In this document: positions 1 to 9,418 of the stretch, piece by piece
Numbering within the stretch: the stretch's first letter is position 1
Layout of the letters: each line of letters opens with the position of its first letter
Assembly: GCA_036821845.1 (NCBI GenBank)
Contig: DAISIT010000002.1
Location: forward strand, 77,850-109,849
Length of the DNA: 32,000 nt
Reading direction: 5' to 3'
Origin: Hyphomicrobiaceae bacterium
GTDB lineage: Bacteria > Pseudomonadota > Alphaproteobacteria > Rhizobiales > Hyphomicrobiaceae
Notes under the pieces: model-generated
What the model was told of the DNA's origin: nothing
Databases searched by the model: none
What the model saw: the letters and a program-made list of their open reading frames with translations, nothing else
Program-made: the position numbers and the translations under genes

Positions 1-139
1 TACCGACGCGCCGTGGACCATCGGCACTGCCGTCTCGAAGGGCTGCATCCGCATGTACAACGAGGACGTGCTGGACCTCTATCCGCGCATCCCGACCGGC
101 ACGCGCGTCACGGTGACGTGGCAGCGCTTCAAAGGCTGA
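1..139 (+). CDS. L,D-transpeptidase (YkuD-domain) protein, C-terminal fragment; 5' end lies outside the window
   Basis: The frame from nt 2 reads TDAPWTIGTAVSKGCIRMYNEDVLDLYPRIPTGTRVTVTWQRFKG, then TGA at 137-139. The GCIRM catalytic-cysteine motif is typical of YkuD L,D-transpeptidases. Confidence 0.75.
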   Translation, partial: TDAPWTIGTAVSKGCIRMYNEDVLDLYPRIPTGTRVTVTWQRFKG

Positions 140-198
140 GCAGCGCCCCTTTCGCTCGGGACGTGCCGGGCAACCGTTAAATGCGCCAGGAATTCTGA

Positions 199-238
199 GA
201 AGCCCGCCGGGATCACCCGCGCGGGCTTTTCTTTTGCC
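199..238 (+). terminator. Rho-independent terminator after the transpeptidase gene
   Basis: Stem agcccgc (201-207) pairs with gcgggct (221-227), followed by ttttctttt. Confidence 0.6.
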
Positions 239-362
239 CGCGCCCTCCCATGTGGGAGGGCAGCCCGGTTGCGCGCTGTCGCGACAGGTTATAACGTAAC
301 GACAACGGCCCCGGAGATCGGACCGGACGAAGTCCGCCCCAAAACCAGAGGAACGCAAGACG

Positions 363-797
363 ATGCGCCTTACCACGCTGCTCAAGCTTCTCGCGGTGAC
401 CCTCAGCGCGGCGATCTCGCTCGCCAGCCCGTCGCTCGCGCAGTCCGGCCTGCTCAAGAAGAAGACCAAGCTCGACCCCATCACGCTGTCGGCCGGCAAG
501 CCACTGGCGGAGAAGCCCTATGAACTCGAGGCCGGCAAGTACTACTCGCTCGCCATCAAGGCCGACGGCTCGCAGGAAATCGCGCTCGCCGGCGCCGAGT
601 TCTTCCGCAACATGTGGATCAACGAGGTCGTCATCAACGACATCGAAATCCGTCCGCTCGGTATCGACTCGCTGGAGTTCGACGCGGCGGGCGAGGCGAC
701 CATCAGCTTCATCCCGATCCGTCCGGGCTCATTCATCCTGCAGATCCCGAAGACGACCGGCGAGACCCAGCGCGCCATTTTCAACGTCAAGGGCTGA
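363..797 (+). CDS. Secreted hypothetical protein (144 aa) with an N-terminal signal peptide
   Basis: ATG ORF. The N-terminus MRLTTLLKLLAVTLSAAISLASPSLAQS has a signal-peptide shape (AxA-like cleavage site). Amino-acid composition is balanced, unlike the overlapping Arg-rich frames. Confidence 0.7.
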   Translation: MRLTTLLKLLAVTLSAAISLASPSLAQSGLLKKKTKLDPITLSAGKPLAEKPYELEAGKYYSLAIKADGSQEIALAGAEFFRNMWINEVVINDIEIRPLGIDSLEFDAAGEATISFIPIRPGSFILQIPKTTGETQRAIFNVKG

Positions 798-906
798 AGC
801 GCGGACGCGTTCGGACGCGCGTGACGCCGCGATCGGCCGGACACCCGCAAGTTTGACCGCAACGAACGGGATGCGCCGGGCCAACGCCCGGCGTAGCCTT
901 GTGTGC

Positions 907-2055
907 ATGACCAACACCTCACCAGTCATCGGCAAACCTGCGCTCGGCGAAGACGCCATGTGGCAGGCCGTCGAAGCGCGCAACGCAGACTTCGACGGCC
1001 GCTTCGTTTTCAGCGTGCGCACCACCGGTGTCTATTGCCGCCCGTCGTGCGCGGCGCGCCGGCCGCTCAGGGCCAACGTCTCGTTCCACGCCAGCGCCGC
1101 TGACGCCGAGGCCGCCGGTTTCCGGCCCTGCAAGCGATGCCAGCCGCGCGACGCCTCTCATGCCGCCGTGACAGCGGCGCGCATCGCCGCCGCCTGCCGC
1201 ATGATCGAGATTGCCGAAAGCCCGCCGTCGCTGGCGGCCCTCGCCGCCGCGTGCGGCCTGTCGCGCCATCACTTCCAGCGCACCTTCGCGGCCGTGGTCG
1301 GTGTCTCGCCGAAGACATACGCGCAGGCCGTGCGTGCGGAGCGCGTGCGCAGGCTCCTGCCGGTATCGGCGACAGTGACCGAGGCGGTGCACGCAGCCGG
1401 CTACAACGGCAACGCCCGCTTCTATGCCGCCGCAAAGGACACTCTCGGCATGACACCCCGCGATTTCCGCGATGGCGGCGACAAGCTCACGCTGCGCTGG
1501 AGCCTTGGCGACTGCGCGCTCGGCAAGGTGCTCGTCGCGGCGAGCGAGACTGGCATTGCGGCGATTCTCATTGGTGAGAGCGGGGAGGCGCTGCGCAGCG
1601 ATCTCGTCCGCCGTTTCCCGCGCGCGCACATCATCGCAGCCGGCGCGGATCTCTCTGGCCTGCTGCAACAGGTGATCGACACGATTGCTGAGCCGCGCCA
1701 CGCCCGCCAATTGCCACTCGATATTCGCGGCACCGCCTTCCAGCAGCGAGTCTGGCAGGAACTGCGCAAGGTTCCCTGCGGCGAGACGATCTCGTATGCG
1801 GAGCTCGCGCGCCGCATCGGCGCGCCGAAGGCCGTGCGCGCGGTCGCCGGTGCCTGCGGTGCCAATCCGCTGGCGGTAGCGGTGCCGTGTCATCGCGTCG
1901 TCGGCAGCGACGGCAAGCTGACCGGCTATCGCTGGGGATTGGACAACAAGCGCCGTCTGCTGGAGCGCGAAACCGTCCAGCGGGAAGCCACAACCGATGC
2001 ATCGCCGCCGCAGCCTGCCCACGTCCGGCGCGACGGCAAGGGGCAGAAGCCTTGA
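907..2055 (+). CDS. ada: Bifunctional Ada: methylphosphotriester-DNA methyltransferase / AraC-type regulator fused to O6-methylguanine-DNA methyltransferase
   Basis: Contains an Ada Zn-binding segment (YCRPSCAARRP...FRPCKRCQP), an AraC HTH (LSRHHFQRTFAAVVGVSPKTYAQAVR) and an MGMT domain with the PCHRVV active site. I trimmed the track ORF 520..2055 to the in-frame ATG at 907, because the upstream part overlaps the 363-797 gene and is Arg/Ser-rich. Confidence 0.9.
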   Translation: MTNTSPVIGKPALGEDAMWQAVEARNADFDGRFVFSVRTTGVYCRPSCAARRPLRANVSFHASAADAEAAGFRPCKRCQPRDASHAAVTAARIAAACRMIEIAESPPSLAALAAACGLSRHHFQRTFAAVVGVSPKTYAQAVRAERVRRLLPVSATVTEAVHAAGYNGNARFYAAAKDTLGMTPRDFRDGGDKLTLRWSLGDCALGKVLVAASETGIAAILIGESGEALRSDLVRRFPRAHIIAAGADLSGLLQQVIDTIAEPRHARQLPLDIRGTAFQQRVWQELRKVPCGETISYAELARRIGAPKAVRAVAGACGANPLAVAVPCHRVVGSDGKLTGYRWGLDNKRRLLERETVQREATTDASPPQPAHVRRDGKGQKP

Positions 2056-2234
2056 TTTTCCACGCATTTCCGCGCAGCCGTGTCAGTTCGCCGCAGAGCG
2101 GAAATCGAGTTCCCCACAGGGTTGCCTGCGCACTACTGCGCACGACTCGGGCGGCTGCTATAAGCCCTGCCGATCAACTGCGGGCGTCAAGGTGCCGTCC
2201 GGTCCACCCCGCAGGCGCAACCCATTCAGGAGAT

Positions 2235-2420
2235 ATGCAGGTCATGGCACTCAAGGCACCGGGCATTCTCACGTTCGTATTCTCCATCGTCGTGACCGTC
2301 ACTGTTCTCCTGACCAAGAATTTCGGCGCGACGATCCCGCTGCTCACGGGCAACGAGTTCTGGGCGCTTCTGGTCTCCCAGATCGTCCTGCTCATGGGCT
2401 GTACGGTTCGCGGATTCTGA
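2235..2420 (+). CDS. Small membrane protein (61 aa, two hydrophobic helices)
   Basis: ATG at 2235 is preceded by aggaga (2228-2233). The product MQVMALKAPGILTFVFSIVVTVTVLL...WALLVSQIVLLMGCTVRGF is hydrophobic. The upstream part of track ORF 1887..2420 is Arg-rich junk. Confidence 0.55.
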   Translation: MQVMALKAPGILTFVFSIVVTVTVLLTKNFGATIPLLTGNEFWALLVSQIVLLMGCTVRGF

Positions 2421-2667
2421 ACTCCGGATCGATCCGGCACCTGCCTGGGCAGGGCGCCCGCAACTTGCGCGGCCACGGGGTACGTCGGAGCGCCGCTGGC
2501 GCGTGGGAGCGGGCTCTCCACGAGCGCCGCGTCATGACCAGCTTTTGCCCAATTCGCGTCCGGATGGCCGGCGAGCGAGCCCTTCCCTAAACGTAACATG
2601 TGCTGATCTGCCGCTGCGGCGTTGCGCGCTCTGGCGTGATGGCGCCGCCGCTGCGACCTAGGTCGGG

Positions 2668-2853
2668 ATGATGCGGAAAATTCAGACGAGCAGCGCCTAT
2701 TCCCGGCGTATCCAAACCTCGCGTCGCGAGATCGCGATCGCGGTGTCGCTGACGCTTGCGGCGATCGTGCTGACCATCGCTGCGATCTGGTCCGGCAGCC
2801 GCGACGATGTCGTGGAAACCGCTGACCCGACAGCGGTGGAGCGCACCAACTGA
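2668..2853 (+). CDS. Small single-pass membrane protein (61 aa), hypothetical
   Basis: ATG ORF with a basic N-terminus, then a TM helix IAIAVSLTLAAIVLTIAAIW. Third-position GC bias is consistent with the host. I recognised no homology. Confidence 0.4.
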   Translation: MMRKIQTSSAYSRRIQTSRREIAIAVSLTLAAIVLTIAAIWSGSRDDVVETADPTAVERTN

Positions 2854-2895
2854 GGCGGCTGCGAGACCGACTATGACGACTCCGGGTGAGGCGGC

Positions 2896-4773
2896 TCAGC
2901 GCTCGCCCGGGTGGATCAGCGGCGCCGCAGGCACGAGCCCCCGTACTGAATTGCCGAGATACACGCCGCCCTTCTCGAGATCGTCGAGTGTCAGCGGCGC
3001 CTCTACGGCACGGCCCGAGGCGAGCAACTCCGCACGCAGCGTCCCGGGCAACAGTCCGGCCGTCAGCGGCGGCGTCAGCAGCCGACCGTCACGTTCCAGA
3101 AAAATCGTCGTGCGGCTTCCCTCGGCCAACTCGCCGCGCTCGTTCAGGTAGATCACCTCGTCGGCGCCGACCTCGTCGTGAAACTTCTGCCACTCGCCGT
3201 CGTAGAGCTCCCGCCGCGTGGTCTTGTGGTAGAGCAGCGCGTCCGCCGAATTGAGCCGCGTCGGCGAGACGACGTAGCGCATGATCGTGCCGGCCGGCTG
3301 CGCCGGCTGCGGCACCGCCGTCACCGTCACGCGTCCATCCTCGGCGAGCAAAAGCCGCACACGCAACCGCTCCTCGTCGCGCGCCGCAACCGCGCTTTCG
3401 AGCGCCGACCGCGCCGCACCCTCGTCATACGGAAAGCCGAAATACTCCGCCGACGACTTCAGCCGCTCGAGATGCCGCGCCAGCAGCACGAAGCCATCGC
3501 CGCCGCGCTCGAACAGAAGCGTCTCGATCAGCTCGAAGTTCTTCGGCGGATCGGTGAGGAATTTGAGCTTCAGCAGGCACTCGGCATATTCCTTGTGCCC
3601 TTCCGAGTCGTAGACGACACCGGAGCCGATGCCCATTTCGCCGCTGCCGTCGCGAAACACCGCCGGTGTGCGGATGGCGACGTTGAACAGCGAGCGGCCG
3701 TCCGGCGAGATATGGCCGATAGCGCCGCAGTAGACGCCGCGCGCTTCGCTCTCGTACTCGGCGATCAGCTCCATGGCGCGGATCTTCGGCGCGCCGATCA
3801 CCGAGCCCGGCGGGAAGATCGCCCGCAGCAGATCGACCAGCGAGATGTCCTCGCGCAGCGTCGCACGCACGCCGGATGTCATCTGGTGCAAGGTGCGGAA
3901 CGTCTCGACTGTGAACAGGTCCGTCACTTCGACGCTGCCGACTTCGGAGATGCGCCCGAGATCGTTGCGCATAAGGTCGACGATCATCAGGTTCTCGGCA
4001 CGCTGCTTGACGTCGGTCGCGAGAATGCGGCGCTGCTGCTCGTCGGCCTCGCGGCGTCCGGCGCGCGGCGCGGTGCCCTTCATCGGCCGCGTCTCGATCA
4101 CGCGGCCATGCTGTTCGATGAACAGCTCGGGCGACGCCGACAGGATCGTCACCTTGCCGGTATCGACGATGCCGCCGTAGGCGACGCGCTGGCGCTGGCG
4201 CATGTCGCGATAGAAGGCGAGCGGCGAGCCCGACAGCTTGAAGCGCGCCTTGAAGGTGAGGTTCAGCTGGTAGATGTCACCAGCGCGGATCTTTTCGATC
4301 ACCTGGTCGAAGCGCTGGACGTAGTCCTCGCGGCTCCAGGCGTGCGTCACGTCGGTGAACGCATAGGTGTGGCTCAGCGTATGCGCGTCGAGCCAGGCGG
4401 CAACCTCGCTGGTCGTCATCTCGGCCGGCGCCGCGTAGAGACCCATCCACAGCAACGGCACCTTGCGCGCCTCGGGCATCAGCGAAGCGAGCTTGGGCTC
4501 CAGCACATAACCGAGCTCGTAGGAGAAGAAACCCGCCGCGTGCAGGCCTTGCGCGAGCCCGGCCTCGATCCGCTGCAACGCAGCCGCCACTTCGTCCGGC
4601 CTTTCGGCGACGACGATTTCAGCGGGATCGCGAAAGAACAGCGAGCGCGTGCTCTTGCCGGAGACGTCGCGGCCGGCGCTGTTGTCGAGCAGCACGAAGG
4701 CTTCGGAAAGCGGGGTGTGGTCCGCACCGGACATCTCTGGCGCGGTTGTCGGCTTCTTGTCGGCCGTTGTCAT
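2896..4773 (-). CDS. pabB: Aminodeoxychorismate synthase component I fused to aminodeoxychorismate lyase (class IV aminotransferase fold)
   Basis: The N-terminal ~450 aa show chorismate-binding enzyme motifs (GDIYQLNLT, PMKGTAPR, ENLMIVDLMRND, PPGSVIGAPK, RGVYCGAIG). The C-terminal ~190 aa are PabC-like (LLYHKTTRRELY...GLLPGTLR). The ATG overlaps the upstream gene's stop in an ATGA at 4770-4773. Confidence 0.9.
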   Translation of the reverse strand: MTTADKKPTTAPEMSGADHTPLSEAFVLLDNSAGRDVSGKSTRSLFFRDPAEIVVAERPDEVAAALQRIEAGLAQGLHAAGFFSYELGYVLEPKLASLMPEARKVPLLWMGLYAAPAEMTTSEVAAWLDAHTLSHTYAFTDVTHAWSREDYVQRFDQVIEKIRAGDIYQLNLTFKARFKLSGSPLAFYRDMRQRQRVAYGGIVDTGKVTILSASPELFIEQHGRVIETRPMKGTAPRAGRREADEQQRRILATDVKQRAENLMIVDLMRNDLGRISEVGSVEVTDLFTVETFRTLHQMTSGVRATLREDISLVDLLRAIFPPGSVIGAPKIRAMELIAEYESEARGVYCGAIGHISPDGRSLFNVAIRTPAVFRDGSGEMGIGSGVVYDSEGHKEYAECLLKLKFLTDPPKNFELIETLLFERGGDGFVLLARHLERLKSSAEYFGFPYDEGAARSALESAVAARDEERLRVRLLLAEDGRVTVTAVPQPAQPAGTIMRYVVSPTRLNSADALLYHKTTRRELYDGEWQKFHDEVGADEVIYLNERGELAEGSRTTIFLERDGRLLTPPLTAGLLPGTLRAELLASGRAVEAPLTLDDLEKGGVYLGNSVRGLVPAAPLIHPGER

Positions 4774-6263
4774 TTTTCTTTGTATCCCTCGAGGGCGAAG
4801 TAGGTGACGCGGCGCGGCTTGCCGGCGCCGGCCCGAAGCTCCACGGTGCGGATCTCGCGTACGGTCTCGAAGCGCCGCGTGATGTGATCCGGCTTGGGCG
4901 AGAGGCTGACCAGCAGAACGGGGCCCTTGATCTCGCTCGTAAAGGGCCGGGTCAACTCGAAGTGGTCTTGCGGGACCGGCCCCTCGCGCCAGGCGAGTAC
5001 GCGCCCCGGCTTATCCCGCATGTAGTACAGCAATTCCGCCGTAACAGATCTCTCGTCGGCGACGACGGCGGCATAGGGCGTGCCGGCACTCGCGCCCTTT
5101 GCATATTCGTCGGCCGTCGCCGCGCCGAGCGCACGCCAGCCGAGTGTACGCGAATAAGGGTCGACGCCCGACGGCAACGCGAAGCGCCCGGCGAAGATCG
5201 CCGCCGCCGCCAGCGCCGCCGCCAGCACGATGTGCAGGGCGAACGACGACTTGAGCCAGCCCCAATCGAGATTGCGCACCATGGTCGCGACGACCAGCAC
5301 GGTTGCAGCGACATACGACAACGCCGCCCAGTTGGCATGGGCGCGTGACACGAACGCCTGCGCCGTGATGACGACGACCACCGGCAGCGCAAACGACAGC
5401 AGCAGCCGGTCGGCGTCGGGCAGGCCGTCGCGCCACGCCCGCCACGTGACCACACCGAGGCTCGCGAACAGGATCGGCCCGAACACACCGAACTGCGCCG
5501 CGACGAACTCCAGTGCCTTCAGCGGATTGATCAGCCCGCCGTGCCATTTGGCATTGTCGGCGGTATGAGCGAAGGTGGCGAACTTGTGCGCCTGGTTCCA
5601 CAGCAGGTTCGGCGCGATCAGCGCCATGGCGATGACAACCGCCACCCAAAGGCGCGGGTCCCTCAGTAGGCCGCGCTCGCGCTTCGTCGCGATGAGGTAG
5701 ATGCCGAGACAGAGCGCGAACCACACCATTGCATACTTCGCGTTGAGGCCGAGCCCGAACGCCACGCCGAGCAGCAGCGCCGGCCACCACGCGCGCGTAT
5801 CGCGCATCGCCACCAGCGCGTAGAGCGACAGCGCCCAGAAAAACAGCAGCGGCACGTCGGTCGAAATAATGCCCGCCGAAACGCTGACGCCCGGCAGCGT
5901 CGCGAAGGCCAGCGCCGACAGCGCACCGGTGCGGGTGTCGTAAAGCCGCCGCCCGATCAGGAACGCGACCAGCGCCGTCAGTGTGTGCACGATCGGCGAG
6001 GAAACCCGGACGCAGAATTCCCCGTCGCCACACACCGCCGTCGTGCCGGCGATCATCCAGGCGATCAGCGGCGGCTTCGAATAGTAGCCCGCGGCCGGCG
6101 TCTGCGCCCACGACCAGTATTGCGCCTCGTCGAAGAACAGGTCGGTTCCGCTGAACTTCAGCGCGGCGAGGCGAAAGGCCAGCAGCGCACCGAGCGCCAG
6201 CAACAGCATCAGGCCCCAGCGGGCGTCGTTACCCACGCCGCTGGCGCGATCCGTCGGCGTCAT
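4770..6263 (-). CDS. ArnT/PMT-like polyprenyl-phosphate-sugar dependent glycosyltransferase (GT39/GT83-type, multi-pass membrane protein)
   Basis: In-frame ATG at 6263 (MTPTDRAS...) is followed by the DEAQYWSWAQTP...YYSKPPLIAWMI motif, about 10 TM helices and a soluble C-terminal domain. The upstream 364 codons of track ORF 4770..7355 overlap the real + strand GT2 gene and are Arg/Ala-rich, so I trimmed them. Confidence 0.85.
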   Translation of the reverse strand: MTPTDRASGVGNDARWGLMLLLALGALLAFRLAALKFSGTDLFFDEAQYWSWAQTPAAGYYSKPPLIAWMIAGTTAVCGDGEFCVRVSSPIVHTLTALVAFLIGRRLYDTRTGALSALAFATLPGVSVSAGIISTDVPLLFFWALSLYALVAMRDTRAWWPALLLGVAFGLGLNAKYAMVWFALCLGIYLIATKRERGLLRDPRLWVAVVIAMALIAPNLLWNQAHKFATFAHTADNAKWHGGLINPLKALEFVAAQFGVFGPILFASLGVVTWRAWRDGLPDADRLLLSFALPVVVVITAQAFVSRAHANWAALSYVAATVLVVATMVRNLDWGWLKSSFALHIVLAAALAAAAIFAGRFALPSGVDPYSRTLGWRALGAATADEYAKGASAGTPYAAVVADERSVTAELLYYMRDKPGRVLAWREGPVPQDHFELTRPFTSEIKGPVLLVSLSPKPDHITRRFETVREIRTVELRAGAGKPRRVTYFALEGYKEK

Positions 6264-6482
6264 GTTCCCCGGTTCTCCCGCTGCCGATAGCCGCGCCCTG
6301 CGGCTTCCCGGCCACGAACGCCTTTCTGGGTGATTTACTAGGTTGAGGGCCGCGCGGGAAGACTGGTAGTCTCCGCCGCGCCTGAAGTGCCGGGGCCGAT
6401 GCGGCTCCCCGGCCCATGGGTATTGGTGCCGCCGAAGTCTCGCAGCGTCAGCGCGGCGCCGGCCTGGCAACGAAGGACCGAC

Positions 6483-7289
6483 ATGCGCATCTCCGTCGTC
6501 ATTCCAGCTCTGAACGAAGCCGGCAACATCGGCCGGCTCGTCGAGGAGACCTACGCGCACGTCCCGGCCGACACGCTGGCCGAGGTGATCGTGGTCGACG
6601 ACGCCAGCACCGATGCGACCGGGGCCGAGGTGAAAGCGCTGATCGCCGGCGGCAAGCACCCCGGATTGCGCTACCTGCGCCATGGCACCCGCAGCGGCCA
6701 GAGTGCGGCGCTCCGTTCTGGCATCACCGCCGCCAGCAGCGCCGTCATCGCCACCATGGACGGCGACGGCCAGAACGACCCGCGCGATATCCCCAAGCTG
6801 GTTGCCCGCCTCGCCGCTCCCGGCACGCAAGGTCCGGCTCTCGTCAACGGCTGGCGCACCTCGCGCAAGGACACCGGCTCCAAGCGGTGGGCGTCGAAAG
6901 CCGCCAACTGGATCCGCGACTCCGTGCTGAAGGACGATTGCCCCGACACCGGCTGCGGTATCAAGGTGTACTGGCGCGAGGTGTTCCTGCGACTGCCGTT
7001 CTTCACCAGCATGCACCGCTATCTGCCGGCGCTGTTCCAGACCTACGGCCACGAGGTGGCCTACGTGCCGGTCAACGATCGGCCGCGTCAGGCCGGCGTT
7101 TCCAAGTACAATAACCTCAATCGCGCCCTCGTCGGCCTCTACGATCTGGTCGGCGTCACCTGGATCAGAAAGCGCACCAAAATACCGGCGATCGTCGAGG
7201 GTACGCCGGCTTTGGCAGCGAACACCGGCATGGCAGCGCCGCGCATCACGGAGACGGCGGACAGCGGGCGCGGCAGCGACCGGGGCTAA
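6483..7289 (+). CDS. GT2 polyprenyl-phosphate glycosyltransferase (ArnC / Dpm1-like)
   Basis: MRISVVIPALNEAGNI...VIVVDDASTDAT...MDGDGQNDP are the classic GT-A/DxD signatures of ArnC/Dpm1-type enzymes. The gene is divergent from the ArnT-like gene. The start is trimmed to the ATG at 6483. Confidence 0.85.
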   Translation: MRISVVIPALNEAGNIGRLVEETYAHVPADTLAEVIVVDDASTDATGAEVKALIAGGKHPGLRYLRHGTRSGQSAALRSGITAASSAVIATMDGDGQNDPRDIPKLVARLAAPGTQGPALVNGWRTSRKDTGSKRWASKAANWIRDSVLKDDCPDTGCGIKVYWREVFLRLPFFTSMHRYLPALFQTYGHEVAYVPVNDRPRQAGVSKYNNLNRALVGLYDLVGVTWIRKRTKIPAIVEGTPALAANTGMAAPRITETADSGRGSDRG

Positions 7290-7459
7290 CGCCCGTGCGC
7301 ATCGGGCGGGCGATCGCGAGCCTGTGGACTGGCCGGCAGCGGCGCGCTTTGGCACTTGCGTCGCGGGCGCGGTTGGCGCCTGACACTGGCGTCGAGAGGC
7401 TGAACATCGGCCCCGTATCTCTGGGCCCCGGGCACGCTCACGAGCGAAGTGAGGATCAC

Positions 7460-7837
7460 ATGGACTTCATCGCCGGCTACGGTACGCTTCTCATGGCGAA
7501 GATGTCGGCATGGTGGGGCGGCATGACCCCGCTCGACCGCATCTGGCTCGGTATCGGCATGTTCGGGCAGCTGATGTTCACCGGCCGATGGTTCGTGCAG
7601 TGGATCGCCACCGAAAAGGCGCGCCGCTCCGTGGTGCCGGCGACGTTCTGGTACTTCAGCTTCTTCGGCGGACTGCTGGTGCTCGCCTACGGCTTCTATC
7701 GCGCTGATCCGGTCATCATCATCGGTCAGTTCGGCGTCTTCATCTATGCGCGCAACATCTACTTCCTGCTGCGCAACCACCACGAGACCGCGGCTACCGA
7801 CAAGCACACCTCGCCGCCGGAACTGGCGGCGGACTAA
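7460..7837 (+). CDS. Lipid-A-disaccharide synthase N-terminal domain (LAB_N) family small membrane protein
   Basis: ATG at 7460 follows gagga. The product has GQLMFTGRWFVQWIATEKARRSVVPATFWYFSFFGGLLVLAYGFYRADPVIIIGQ, the duplicated LAB_N-type motif. Confidence 0.7.
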   Translation: MDFIAGYGTLLMAKMSAWWGGMTPLDRIWLGIGMFGQLMFTGRWFVQWIATEKARRSVVPATFWYFSFFGGLLVLAYGFYRADPVIIIGQFGVFIYARNIYFLLRNHHETAATDKHTSPPELAAD

Positions 7838-8078
7838 ATGCGGATCGTCGGAGGTACGCTCCAGCGCCAGCAACGCCATAATTCGGCAATCCCGACAAGG
7901 ACTTCAAAAAAACCGTCATCGAGGCTTCACAGCCGATCGTTCTGTGCTATAAGCCCCGTCATCGGCCGCCGGCAACGTGCGGCCGTTGACATTGGAGCTG
8001 GCGCTTGGCCGGCTCCGCTGCCGGATCGCCGACGGTGCGGGCACGCCCGCTCAGGCTTACCGGACCGGCAGTTGGTGA

Positions 8079-8155
<77 letters not shown>

Positions 8156-8186
8156 AAATCAACAAAGCTAATTCAACAGCTTATGC

Positions 8187-8224
8187 AAAGCCCCGCCTGG
8201 CTCCCGCCAGCGCGGCTTTTGCTT
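8187..8224 (+). terminator. Imperfect hairpin plus T-run downstream of the tRNA (putative terminator)
   Basis: In aaagccccgcctggc-tccc-gccagcgcggctttt, the inner 5 bp (ctggc/gccag) and the outer gc/ctttt arms pair imperfectly. It is followed by ttttgcttg. Confidence 0.35.
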
Positions 8225-8438
8225 GTGTCCGCACTGTGTCCGTTTTTAGGGCCATTCAGAAACACGCGTGCCGCATTGCGTCATCACTATGCATCTTCTA
8301 TCATCCACCAAATGATGTTATTCTGTCTAAGCTGCAAGGCTCGCTCAATCAGCTTGTTCAAGTATCATCTTTTTTCACCAACCGCTGTTCACTTGGTGGA
8401 ATGGTGCCTTAGAATAGGAACCAGGGGCGTCGTGTACT

Positions 8439-9308
8439 TTGAAGATAAGTGTTGTTATCCCTGTCTTTGAAAGAAAATTACAAATCCGCGAAGCGGTAAA
8501 TTCATGTCTATGTCAAACTTTGCCTCCGCATGAGGTGATTGTCGTCGATGATGGTTCGGCAGTGCCGATAACGTTCGAAATATTCGGTTCGTACTACGAA
8601 AGATTGAAAATTGTTCGACTAGAAGTAAATCGTGGTGCAGCTGCGGCTCGACAGGCCGGCGTGGATGCTGCGTCGGGCGATTGTATCGCTTTTCTCGATT
8701 CGGACGATATTTGGCTGCCGAATAAGCTTGAGATTCAGGTTTCCCGTTTGGAGCGAGAGCCTTACAGGAACGTCCCGGTGGCGATCGCCTGCGGGTGGCG
8801 AACGTTGCCTGAGGTCGGCGCACTATCCCAACAGGTGATTCCCCGCGATAGCGAAAGCTATTTGGATTTTGCAAGCGGTTGCTGGTTTGCGCCGGGAAGC
8901 ACGCTTCTAATTCCTCGCTGGGTGTTAGTTGCGGTCGGGCCCTTCGATAAGGACCTCAGGCGTCTTGAAGATTTTGACTGGTTCCTTCGCTTCGCTCTCG
9001 TCGGAGGGGCGCTCAAAGTTGTTCCTGAAACTTGCGCGATCATCTCTATTGGGCGGCGCAGTCGGCTGGCAGATGTGGAAAGCGCGAGTAAGAAAATTGA
9101 GGGCAAGCTTGCCAAGATCACGGAACCCTTGGTGAGCGCGCATTTTCGCCATTCCGCAAGGGCATACCTTTCGCTCGAGATGGCCAAAGCCGCCCAAAAT
9201 CAGGGCCACCTTGTCTTGATGGCTTTTTACATGATCAAGTCCCTGTTCCTTAGACCGCGCCTGAGGCTGGCCTTGAAACAGTGGTGGCCTGTTAGACGGA
9301 AGGTTTGA
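8439..9308 (+). CDS. GT2 family glycosyltransferase (289 aa)
   Basis: Apparent TTG start. (M)KISVVIPVFERKLQIREAVNSCLCQT...VIVVDDGSAVP...FLDSDDIW are GT-A fold signatures. The gene is low in GC. Confidence 0.8.
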   Translation: MKISVVIPVFERKLQIREAVNSCLCQTLPPHEVIVVDDGSAVPITFEIFGSYYERLKIVRLEVNRGAAAARQAGVDAASGDCIAFLDSDDIWLPNKLEIQVSRLEREPYRNVPVAIACGWRTLPEVGALSQQVIPRDSESYLDFASGCWFAPGSTLLIPRWVLVAVGPFDKDLRRLEDFDWFLRFALVGGALKVVPETCAIISIGRRSRLADVESASKKIEGKLAKITEPLVSAHFRHSARAYLSLEMAKAAQNQGHLVLMAFYMIKSLFLRPRLRLALKQWWPVRRKV

Positions 9309-9418
9309 GACCATGGCGCGGCTGCACAGGCATGCTTGATCAATTAAAATTCCTCGTATGAGGGAAAGAAGTCCATTACTTAATCGGTGCCGGTCCATCG
9401 GCTCGTGAGGAGTTCCCG

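Noticed and set aside
919-2067. 382-aa minus-strand ORF antisense to ada. Similar long shadow ORFs occur at 3178..4803 (+), 5011..6111 (-), 18977..21019 (-), 20215..21420 (+), 22603..23868 (+) and 26515..28947 (+).
   Set aside because: All lie antisense to, or out of frame with, genes that have clear family signatures. Their products are extremely Arg/Ala/Gly/Pro-rich with no motifs. Stop-poor shadow frames like these are expected in ~65% GC DNA.
2150-2170. Shared 12-mer tgctataagccc at ~2156 and ~7946, a possible common -10-like element. This includes TTCACA-N16-TATAAG at 7926-7953 upstream of the tRNA.
   Set aside because: There are only two copies. At 2159 no acceptable -35 lies at proper spacing, and the 7948 site is ~125 nt from the tRNA 5' end. 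That is too weak to call promoters without transcript data.
6264-7355. N-terminal 364-codon extension of track ORF 4770..7355. Likewise 520..906 of ORF 520..2055.
   Set aside because: The extensions overlap well-supported genes on the other strand or frame (GT2 at 6483-7289; the secreted protein at 363-797) and have junk-like composition. Internal ATGs give proteins starting where family homology starts.
8156-8438. The AT-rich segment after the tRNA, searched for an integrase remnant, an att repeat or an IS end.
   Set aside because: No ORF with recombinase-like sequence occurs in any frame. No second copy of the tRNA 3' end (caaatcctgcccccgcaacca) occurs anywhere in the window. The island/att interpretation therefore stays inferential.
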